A DNA stretch of 64,000 bases from Takakia lepidozioides. Taxonomy: Eukaryota > Plantae > Bryophyta. The DNA is taken from positions 37,696,001-37,760,000 of the forward strand of contig CM060731.1 in assembly GCA_030704615.1 (NCBI GenBank). Direction: 5' to 3'. A program made the position numbers and the translations under genes. Below are positions 26,040-37,056 of this stretch, one piece after another; positions within the stretch are counted from its first letter, which is position 1, and every line of letters begins with the position of its first letter. The notes under the pieces are model-generated. The model ran no database searches, was not told where the DNA came from, and saw only the letters and a program-made list of their open reading frames with translations.

Positions 26040-26890
26040 TGTTGAATGGGATGTTTTCTGCAACTCCAACACACTATATCAGCTCTCTAGATCAGTGCCA
26101 GCTTTGTAGGATGTCACCGCTGCACCACCGCACCTTCTAGCGGTGACTTAACTAGGGCTCCTACAAATTAGCAATACTATCATGCCACTGCAGCTCTATA
26201 TATACCTCAGCTGGTATGGAGCGAACTCTCTCTCCAGATTGTTATATGCAATTAGCCTAGTGATGTTTTTTTTGGCAAAAAGACACTTTCAAGGTTAATC
26301 TAGCTTTGTCTGCAAAGTGTGTAGTGGTGTGTAGTACCGGTTCTTGATTGCACTAGTTATTCATTGTTTGCTATGTAGAGTTTGTGTCATGTATGTCTTC
26401 TTTTTAGTGAACTTGCAACCACTACATTTAACAAGTTATGGGCCCACGCTTCTAGTTGGGTGCTTTGTTTTGTTCTATTGTATTCTTTCTTTTTCTTGAG
26501 CTGACATTCTCTTTAATAGTTTTTGCCTTTTGCTTTCCTTCGAGTCTTCAAGCACAGTCTCATAGTGCAGTAGGTGAATCGCTTAAGATATTTATAAACA
26601 AAACGAATCTGAGATAGCAGCACCATGGAGGTGGCAAAAGAGTTAAGTAATATCGAGAGATTCAATGGTGAGGGTTTTGTCATGTGGAAGTATCAGATGA
26701 AAGCAATTTTTAGAGGAAAAGAACTTATGTCCGTTGTTGATGGGACTGAGCCAAAGCCAGCCAAAGTGCATGGAGTCAACGGAGCACCGGACGTAAATCC
26801 TGACCCAGTAGCACTGACTACAGGGTGAAGCGTGACAATCAAGCGATTGGTCTTCTATGCCAGGCAGTGGATCGAAGACAACTGAAGCGG
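26040..26890 (+). mobile_element. Ty1/Copia 5' part: 5' LTR (26040-26433), PBS, gag start
   Basis: TG...CA LTR followed by agttatgggccca (copia-type PBS); gag ERFNGEGFVMWKYQMKAIFRGKELMSVVDG and KRDNQAIGLLCQAVD. Confidence 0.9.
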
Positions 26891-28475
26891 GCGTATGCCC
26901 ATGAGTTAGACCGTGCCAGACAGATCATTTGGAGGGCAATGGAAAAGGGGGCCATACCCAAACCACCTTATGGAATTACACAGGTTGGCAAATCCTGAAT
27001 CATGTCACCTTCCATTTGTCGCATGTGCATTAATGAGGTGGATTCGATGCAACGTATGTGTGTAATTCACTAATTGTTTGGGGGGGGTATCGTGGGATGC
27101 ACTCATTGCGGGAGAGACTGATGCCGCAAACAAGGCCAAATTTAACCGGGCACGCGAAGCAACAACAGTCCGCCTTGACAAGCACGAATCCGGATCCAAG
27201 GGTTTTATCTTGCAATTTGTTAGTCGTACTTCCATATGGATTTTGTTATGACTTCTTTCTGGCTCCATCATCGCGAAGAACTGACTTTAATTTGTGGCAT
27301 GTGTAACAACGCGCGTTTGAGAGGAAGCCATCTCCGGTAGAGTACAACTACGCCAAGGAGCATGGTTGGCAATCCCTCATGAAGAACATGGCCAACACGG
27401 AGGGGATGAGTGCACTACAGGGCACTAGTATGGATGAGGTCGGGGTCATGGCCAGGGATTGGATGAGAGCTCTGTGGGACATAGGGGAACGCCGCCTCAT
27501 TTAGGTGCTCTGGCAAAGGGCGCGGAGTCATCAGGCTCATCAGATAACTCTGAGTCCTCCACTGAGGATGAGGATGAGGATGACTAGTCATAGTCCATGT
27601 AGGTCCCAGGGTCAGCCTACTGAACCCTTGTGAGCTTTTCAGCTCATTTCCTGTAAATATATTTCCATCTTTTCATTCCATCATTCATGTGTCGCACCGT
27701 CCTCACCCTCGATTCATGCTTGCTCAATTGTGTACCTGCTAAATCAGAGAAATGGAACTATAAGGTCTCTCATCCCCAAAAACAAAACCAGGCAAAAAAC
27801 AAAAACCCGCCCCCAATTCACCCCCAAAATCAACCCCCAACCCCCCCCCTCCACCAGGCTGCCCTCGCGACTGCATGACATCGTCAATGGCGACATGTTT
27901 TTTTGGCGGGGGTCGCAAGTCGCGACGCCCTGGCGTCGCGGAGCCCACCACCCTGCCTGCACCACGTCTATTTTTTTATTAAATATAAAAAAAAACGACG
28001 CCAAAGCGTCGCAAAAATCCACGCCCGAGCGTGGCAGAGCCCGTATCCTGCTCCTGCTGTTTTTTTTGCCACGCCCAATAGTCGCTTGGCGTACCACCCG
28101 GCTTACGCCACGTGTTTTTGGGTTTTAGGATGGGACTCCCAGGTAGGTTAGAAAAAAAAAGGGATGCGACGCCGCGCCGGCGCTCCACCAACGCCGTCGG
28201 CTGGAGGGCCGCGACGGTGAGACGTCGCTCGATGGAGGCCCCTGCATCGGCGCGGACGGCCTGAAAAGCGACATCCGGCAGTCGCGGGAGTTGGGGCGGG
28301 GGCTCGCGACCCCCATACGTCGCATGTTTGCGACGTCATTTTGGCAACGCCCATGCGACTACCGGGCGACGGTCGGGCGTCGCAAATTCTACACCTGTCG
28401 CGTGTCCGAAAAGGGCGTTTTCCCGACGCTGCGGCGTGGCTCGGGCGTCGCAAAGGCCCCCCTTTTCCTGTAGTG
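26891..28475 (+). mobile_element. Truncated CACTA DNA transposon arm
   Basis: Terminal ...ttttcctgtagtg (reverse complement CACTACAGGAAAA) ending at 28475; dense gtcgc/gcgac subterminal repeats at ~27860-28460. Left boundary inferred from the end of gag homology. Confidence 0.7.
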
Positions 28476-29231
28476 AACCAGGAATAGATGTCTTGGTGGA
28501 AGATGTCCACTTGGCACCAATCAGTCCCAGAGTGGAGAACATGATGAGCGTGTCAAGTTTGGGGTTTGATGTGCGACGAGTAGCCTCAGCAAGTCAGCCG
28601 CCAGACTTGGTCCCAAGATGTGTTGACTGACCACCCAAGACCATCTCACCAACAGTTGTGGTCGATGAAGATACAACCGAGCTGGAGCCAAGAACCAGGT
28701 TTAAGGACAACTAGATTTGCTTTCACCCAAGGCGGGGTGGACCAACTTTCCATCCAAAGGGGTTCTTTTATTAGCGTATGTCTGAAGTCTGGTGATCTCG
28801 GACTTTTCTGTGAAAAGCACTGGTGTTAGCCGAACAGCCATATCTTACAGAATAGCCCTCTATTCACCAGGCTAAGCTCCACAAGTATCTATTTTAACCA
28901 GACTCACGAGTTTGAACAAGTTGCTGTCACAGATGTGACAGACAAAGATTCATTTTCATTATGAAAAGCAACTGAAACCCTTGTCAAAATTTTCATCATA
29001 GCAGACAACAATCAATCTTATTGTATGATTGAATACAGAACATAGATAGCCTCACCTTACTAGACCTATTGTCCCCCCACAATGAAGGATCCAATATAAA
29101 TTCTAGCCCCAAAGCCAATCTGTGCTCATAGCTAAAATAAGCTCTCTTAGCTAACCTTCACATGTGAGTTAGAGCTCTTCAGACAGGTATGAAAACTTAG
29201 ACCTTTCTATCGAATCTCTGTTAGACAGGAC

Positions 29232-31380
29232 TATTAAATGTAGTGGTTGCAAGTTCACTAAAAATGAGACATACATGACACAAACTCTCCATAGCAAACA
29301 GTGAATAACTAGTGCAATCAAGAACCAGTACTACACACCACTACACATTTTGCAGACAAAGCTAGATTAACCTTGAAAGTGCCTTTTTGCCAAAAAGCAT
29401 CACGAGGCTAATTGCATATAACAATCTGGAGAGAGAGTTCGCTCCATACCAGCTGAGGTATATATAGAGCTGCAGTATTGCTAATTTGTAGGAGCCCTAA
29501 GTCACCGCTAGAAGGTGCGGTGGTGTAGCGGTGACATCCTACAAAGCTGGCACTGATCTAGAGAGCTGATCTAGTGTGTTGGAGTTGCAGAAAACATCCC
29601 ATTCAACACTCCCACTCAACGATAACACACTCATTTTAAGTAACGTAGGCGTGTAGCTTTCAAAAAAATAAAATCTCAAGCTGCTAGCTGTAGTCCAAGT
29701 AGACTGCACATTTGCTGAAATTTATCAGTTGCTAGTGGTTTGGTAAGCACATCAGCAACTTGATTGACTGTAGGCACATAACGAATGTCGATATGGCCCT
29801 CTTCCTGATGCTCTCTGATGATGTGGAAAGCCACATCTATGTGCTTCGTCCTCCGGTGAAATTCCGGATTGTGTACCAACCATATGGCTGATTGGTTGTC
29901 ACTGTAGAGAGGGGTGGGGTGAGGCTGGGGGCATCCAATGCTTTGGAGAAGCCTGCAATGCCATATGAACTCCTTCGTGGCCATTGCCCCTACAATGTAC
30001 TAAGTCTCCATAGTGCTCCCAGAGGTGCATGGTTGCTTTCGACTTATCCATGCAACATGACCTCCGTTGAGAAGTAGCACAATCCCTGATCGAGATTTCC
30101 TGTCATCAATATCTCCATCATAATCTGAATCACAGTAAGCAATAAGAATGTTTGGCTCTTTTGTGACTGAGTAGGTGAGGGCCAGGTTTGGTGAACCTCT
30201 CAAGTACTTCATCACCCTTGATACGGCATTGCAGTGAGCCTGCTTTGGTCGTTCGCTATATTTGGCCACGTTGCTCACCGAGAAAGAAATGTCTGGTCGA
30301 GTGCCCATAGATGCAAACATTTGGCTGCCTACAATTTCCTTGTAGGGGTAGGTGGTGATCGTGTCTTCATCTTGTCTGGTGATGTTGTCAAGGCGACTGT
30401 TTGGATCAGCAGGCACAGAGACTGAATGGGCATAAAAAAATCCAAACTTTTGAAGCATACGTAGGACGTACCTTGTCTGATCGACATGCATTACACGATT
30501 GGCACGGTTCCTCGTGATGTGACGACCAACATATATCTCTGGCACTCCTTGTGTAATTTTGAACGTCTTCCCCAATGTGTAGCCTAAAATATCATTGACA
30601 TTGTCTGATCTGTGACTGCAAATCAGATCATCATCAACAAATATCGCCAAAATGAGCTTGGGTTCTGTTGTGCTATAATACACACAAGGATCGGCTGGGC
30701 TTGGAATTAAGCCATAGGTCTGAACGAAGCTGTTGAATTTTCGATTCCATGCCCTAGAAGCTTGCCGCAACCCGTACAAGGATTTCTTGAGTCGGCATAC
30801 AGCTGTAGGTTGGTTGGGATCAACAAAACCACGCGGTTGCTCCATATAGATTTCCTCGGTGATTTTTCCATAGAGGAACGCAGTCTTTACATCGAATATC
30901 TAAATCCAACACTGTCGCAACTAACAATATCGTACGAATGGAATCAAATTTCGCAACAGATGAAAACGTTTCAGTGTAATCAACGCCGACTCACTGGGTG
31001 TAACCTCTGGCGCACAGATGTGCCTTGAAGCGATCAATGCCTCCATCAACGTTAAGCTTAAGCTTATATATCCATTTGCATGTAATTTTCTTTCTCCCAG
31101 GTGGCAGAGGCTCGAGCTGCCAAGTCTCATTCTCCAAGAGTGATCGATACTCCTCCACCATAGCCTTTTCCCACTCATTGCTTTCGCTATAATTTAGCGC
31201 TGCGTCATAGCTGTCTGGCTCCTCAGATAGATGGCCATCATAGTTGGCAACACAAGCATGATGCCGACCAGGGTAAAACTAGTCTCTGGGAGGGTGGGGG
31301 CTGAATGATAGTACTAGAACCCTCCCCGACTTGCTATCAACCGGCTGAGCTGGGGATTATGGACGTACCTCTAAGTGGAG
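29232..31380 (-). mobile_element. Ty1/Copia 3' part: RT, RNase H, PPT and 3' LTR (29232-29608), inverted relative to the 5' LTR
   Basis: [65 protein letters not shown]; PPT gagtgggag; LTR is the reverse complement of 26040-26433; TSD gtcct. Confidence 0.9.
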
Positions 31381-31994
31381 GTGCATGGTACAGTGTAGGC
31401 AAGTGCCTCTATGCCTTTCTCATTCAAAACCACATGCGTGCATTAAAAAAAGCCACACCATGCCTTGCCTTGCACATCAACCTTGAAGGCTCCCGCAAGT
31501 CTTGAAACTAGTGTGACTTCAGAGTATATATCAAGAAGGCTTATTATTGAAGCATGAGCAAGGGAGTGGATCATGCATCTTGTGACAAAGCATTCCATGA
31601 GAGACAAAGTGGTGCACTTACAATGTCAGAAAGGGTGGGAGTGCAGTGAATGCACGAGAGAACGAGCCAGCAGCCAACACACAAATAGTTGTTGCGTAAG
31701 GCTCACCCAACACTGAGGCTCACCCAAGCTGACTTGAGAGGTCACAGATATGTGCATAATGGGAAGCAACTCCGAATGGACTTGTGTGGCCTTGTTGTAA
31801 TGAGGCCGCACGGGGCAGAGGCGACAGTGACCGACAGCGGGCCCACTACATTTAAACTCTCTATACATACGGCTCTGTTTTTGTTATATTTTCAATAAAC
31901 GAGTGGAGTGTCGGGTTTACCGACACTCGCCCTACCACTCGCGGAGGGTTACCCCACACGTAAAGACCCGGCCAGGAGTTTTTAGTTATATAAA

Positions 31995-34900
31995 TATATG
32001 ACGCCAACTAAAGCTAGCGTAAGTAAGAGCCTCTTCCCCTTGCAGGTACTGCCCCCTTTCAGGGGTGGGCTCTATCCGAACCGTCACCTGTCACAGAGTG
32101 GCTAGCTGGCCACTTTCAATCTTACGTTTAAGGGATGTGAGTGATGAAATAGCCGTGAAATGCAACGCTCGTAGTAGAGGTGTAGTGTATTTGGGTGGTA
32201 GGTTAAGATTATCAAACCTTGGATATTATGGGTATGCGCATCGCCCCTGACACCCGCAGTGATGACGATCAGAGGTGCCGTGTTCGTTTCAGCCTCTTTG
32301 ACGGAGGGCATGTATGATTGGGTCATATTTTTCATGTTTGTACATAATTGATTGATCTGGATTTCGATCATGGCAGAATGCAAATTCCAAAAAATGTATT
32401 TGAGAGATGGAAGTGGTTCTGTCGGTGGCAATGCCAGTATAGGAAGTCCTTGTACTAGCAAAATATCTGGGCATAGTCTTGCTAGACAAAGGCACGGGTG
32501 CCCTTGGGAGCATATACACGGTAGCAGCCATGGGGGTATGGTGTGGTCCGGTGGGCAACTTTGGAATGTGCCTGCATTGATGAGGTTAAACCATCTGGAT
32601 TTTGGATGTGAAGTGAGAATTTTGTGGAGTTGTCTAACCCCTTGGTTATGTCTAGTTACCCGCAACCCATGTATTATGATGTGGTTGCAATGGAGAAGTA
32701 AGTGTGGCCATGTATCTATTTGGGGATTTTGGGATGAACATAACACGGAGTGTTTATTGGGGTATAATAATGGCCAGAACAAGTTCCGTCGTTGATTGCC
32801 CATGTATTGACCATACCGAAATTTCAAAGTTTGTTTGATTTGTGCATTGGTAACCCTAGGGGATGTCCAAAAATGATTGGACATACTATGTAGCAGGTAT
32901 GGGGACGAGACCCACTTAGATATGTACGAATTTCTATAGGTGCAGGATTCTTGTATGAGTAGTTTGGTCTCGCCTTGAATGTGTGTATGCAGATTCCGTA
33001 TAGGTGCTATGGTCGGGAATCTAGCCCTTGTTGATATGAGCCAAAACGGGTATGTGTGCGACCGGTGGATAAAGCTGGTCAAGGGGTTGATGATTGGCTG
33101 AATAGCACCAAGTTGGGCAAGATGGTCTGCTATGTCATTACCTATTATGTCTGTGTGAGAACCAACATTTAGTTTATGGATTTGCAGCGGTAAAGATGAT
33201 ACAACATCGACGATTCCTTATAAGTGTAATATCAGGATGGTGAATTTGTGATGATGGCATGCAAATTTGGTTGGTGAGAAGGTATAGGGAGACCAAGCTG
33301 TCTGTAAATAAATAGTATGTTGAAGTAGGTTGGTAGGGGAGAGACTTGAGAGCATCATGTATAGCCATAAGCTCCGCTCGTAGGATATTCTGGCGACCAG
33401 GGAGACGGCTAGATATATTTTGGTATTGGTGCCAACCAAATATATACCATAACCCGCTTGGGCATCTTTTAAGGAGCCATCATTATATATGCATTTTTGT
33501 GGTTGGAATTTTAAGGTTGTGGGTTCCATGAAATCTGGGAGTGGTATAGCAAAGGTTTTTGGTCTTGCTGCCCAAAGAGGCCTAGGGGTCACATGTCTCC
33601 ATGGTTTGTCCAGATTGATTTGGGGATATTTGTTGGGTATTTGCATAGGCAAGTGAACCGTGGCTGTGTGACCAAATAAATGTTTTAGAATCCGGTCCAG
33701 TTGATGGTAGAAAGTGATAGGTATTTGCAGGTCTTGTGAGTGGTGTACACCTACCAGTTTAGTTAATAATGGTTCTGGATATTTCATGTAATTGCGCCAT
33801 GGCGGGGGGGGGTTGATAAATGATTGAGCGAGGCTCAAATGTAGCTAACGTGAATACTCTAGGGGGGTCGCTTAGTATTGGGTGTTTAGAGTTGGTATGG
33901 TTAGTATTAGGAATAATAAGATGGTGAATGATTCTGGTGACATATGTGCAGCAATGCGCGCCCAATGAAGCGCTTCACTGGCAGAAGCGGCATTAGGGGG
34001 GTGTGCAAACCCTCGCCCTTGCCATTGGTAGGACCTTGCAGGCCCCAGGGATCCAAAGTGCTGATCAATGTTGTGTAAGCTCGAGTAAGTAGATAACCCA
34101 ATGGGCATGTGAGAGGGTTAGAGTAGTATGAGTGAGTGAGTTGCAGTTCCGTGGTGAGGAAGTCTAAAAGGAGTGCGGGGAGGGTCGAGTGGAAGTGTGC
34201 AAGTGAAAGCTTGTTTGTTGTTGTGGGTGTTTTGGGTGGTAGGTCTTGGGCGTAGCGCTGGAGGAGTCTGGAGACTTGTACTGCAAATGTTGATGGCGTA
34301 TGCAGGTCTGTGAGGTGGAGTGGGTTGGAATGAGATCTTTTCCATAACCACTCCAATCTTTGGAGTGTTATGTTACTAATGTAGTACCCTAATGGTCCAT
34401 ATATGCGTGCCAAGTTATTGTGAATGTGAATGTGGGCCTGGGACTTCATGATGTCTCTATCTAGGTTACATTCAGCTATAGAGATGTGTAGATTTGGGAT
34501 AAGTAGTGGGTGTTGGTTCGTCGGTGGTGTTCGGTAACCATTTGAATATTATGGTGTAGATTTAGGTTATCATGGGTGCTAAAAAGTTGGTCATTATTTT
34601 CCCAGGTGTTACGCTTGGGGGTTGATCCCTTCCATTGACAATTGTATACAGTTTTGACACATGTAGCTCCATATTGATCCAAGGACATTTTTTGAGTTAT
34701 GCTTTGTATTTCCTCTAATGTGTGGGCGGGTGTTACGAGGTGTCATGTGGGCTGAATAGCAAGTGGGGACGATATAGTATTTGGTTGTGGTGGCTGTGGT
34801 TGGGGTGTTTGAGCTGGATGTGTGGGGCGGACGCTTGTTGGGTTTAAGGCGGAGCCATGGAATAGTGATTGGATTTGGTTTTGCGCCGGGCTCGATGAAT

Positions 34901-35295
34901 AGCGAGGGAGTAGCTCCCATGGGTGATGGGGCGAAGAGTTTCATTGTCTTGGACATGTGTGGGTTAGACAAGCAGGAGTGGGAAAACATAGTAGTGTTTG
35001 GAGGTGTTGCAAATGAATATGTTGGGAGCGCGATGATGGTTTAGGGTGTCTTAGTCGAAAAACATGTGGGTCGATAAGTCTGGTGCCATTAGCATCTGTA
35101 AGTTGTCTGACTGTGGTGATGTTAAATTGCATAAAGAATTTTAGAGTGGTTTGTTTACGAGGTATGTTGTCTGGGTTGAAGAGATGAATTTGTGGGCTTG
35201 TGTCCCAAGCATTTTCTAGGGATGTGTAATGAAGTTGGATTGTGGGCATAGTAGTGTCCAAAGTAATGTGCATATGTTTGAGTAATATTTGTGGA
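31995..35295 (-). mobile_element. 5'-truncated Dualen/RandI-like non-LTR retrotransposon (chromo-like, PCIF1-like MTase, RNase H, CCHC zinc finger, restriction-like endonuclease)
   Basis: RNase H (IYNDGS, RAELMAI, FTDSLVSL, GNDIADHLA); zinc finger then RHN, PDILLV, EFAFCHD, KHEKY, ITAGVRG (RLE); frameshifted. RNase H together with a C-terminal RLE is the Dualen/RandI layout; the RT core and APE are lost by truncation. Confidence 0.75.
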
Positions 35296-35316
35296 GTCTA
35301 GCTTCTCTGTCATCAC

Positions 35317-36036
35317 TCATGTCCCATATCTTTCATATCTTTGATGAGGCAATAACCAAAACTCTCTTCTATAGTATCTCTCGTATATGCTTGGATTTCT
35401 TTCAAGCTTTAATGCACCCTTGGCTATACTAGAAAACTCCGTTACCATATAACCATATGGCAAGCACGTCTGAAAGGCTGTTCTTGGTGTGAGTTTGATC
35501 CACGGGATATCCTTAGGAATCCAATTCTTTACCAGTTCAAGTTCTTCATGTATGTGAGTGTAAACATTCACTTTTCGTTCCTCCCAGCTTTCAAACTCCA
35601 CTCATTTTATGGATAACAATGCTATCACATAAACCAGTGTTGGTAACCAACTTGCTCTCCCTCTACATGCCACTCGATAAATCTTTATCACTTCTTTCTC
35701 CAGACCCCACTCTGGATCAGCATCATGCACTCTCTTAAGAATGTTTTCCTTGCAACCATCTGGCAATTCCAAGAACCTCTGAAAGAATTGTTTGGACACT
35801 CTTTCTTTCTTAGTTTCACAAGGAATTTGATTCACATCAAATTCCTTGATTCTCCATCCACCATGATCCCACCAGAGGCCTGTCACATCTGGTTGTTCTT
35901 GACTCAGTTCCCCAGTATGGTCGCCAAATGTCGAGCAGCTTTTACTCACCCATCCCTTCGCTATCTGAGGTGGGAACTCCAAGATAAAAGAGTTGGAAAT
36001 CTCTAAGCACTCAGCCCGCTCAGAACCATCAGTCAT
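35317..36036 (-). pseudogene. Uncharacterised ORF (one in-frame stop) downstream of Gypsy integrase; possible accessory ORF
   Basis: Two adjacent same-frame ORFs (35602-36036 and 35317-35601) with globular-protein composition; no recognisable motif. Confidence 0.4.
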
Positions 36037-36559
36037 GACCTACAGCTAGTGTATCATGGGGGTGCTTCCTATTTGTATTCCTTCTCGCATTCATGTTAGC
36101 AAGTTACCTTACTGTCTATAATTAAATATCAGATTGTTTCAGCAATCTACCAGGTTCCATCCACTCATCCATTCTTTCCACAGCTTCATTCAGGTCTCTC
36201 TACACAGTGTGAGTATGAAATGTGTATCAGATTAATATCTATCAAATATCAGGCCGTAGCCATGGTGTCTCTAATCTACTCTACAGTACATCTCTACAGC
36301 TTGCATGAATCAAGCATCAACAAATCGTCTCTCCTCCTTCACCGTGCTCTCCATCCTTGCGCTCAAGTTCGAGCTCCCTTCCCCCGATGACCAAGTCGTG
36401 ATCCAAGAAGTGTCCTCCTCCCTGTTACTACTCTGCCTATTCTACCTACAAGCTGTTCTAACCGCCTAACTAACTAACTATCATTCAAGACAGACTGCAC
36501 GTTCCCTCTCCAGATGTCGTTCCCACACAATCGTTCCCTGCCAATAAACCGTTCCCTAT

Positions 36560-36820
36560 GAATGCTGTGACGGGCTATGCCAAACTGTGTCATGCTGTGA
36601 TTGGCTGTGTCGGACTATGTCGGGCTGTGACTGGCTGTGTGAAGCCGTGTCGGACTGTGACTGTGTTGGCTGTGATTGGCTGTGTGAGGCTGTGTCTGGC
36701 TGTGATTGACTGTGTGAGGATGTGTCGGGCTGTAATAGGCTGTGTTAATTATGTAAGGCTGTGACAAATTGTGTCAAGCTGTGTCTAACTGTGTAAGGCT
36801 GTGATTGACTGTGTAAGCCT
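36560..36820. repeat. ~20-bp minisatellite in the Gypsy 3' region
   Basis: Units like gctgtgattggctgtgtcgg. Confidence 0.8.
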
Positions 36821-37056
36821 GTCTACCACCCCTAAGGCCTGTGTCTGTCATCCCTAAGGCCTCGGTTGGTCTAAGTCTATCATCCGTAAGTCTGCGCAAA
36901 ATTAAGGGTACCCCACAGAACCCGTTAAACTGTCTAAGTCCTAGACAGCCCTCTAACATGGCCATACACATTTGGTTTTCTGACAAGTGCTTCATGATCT
37001 GCTGGTACCACCGGTGTAGTCTATGACTGCATCTGTATTTCAAGATGTAAATCATG

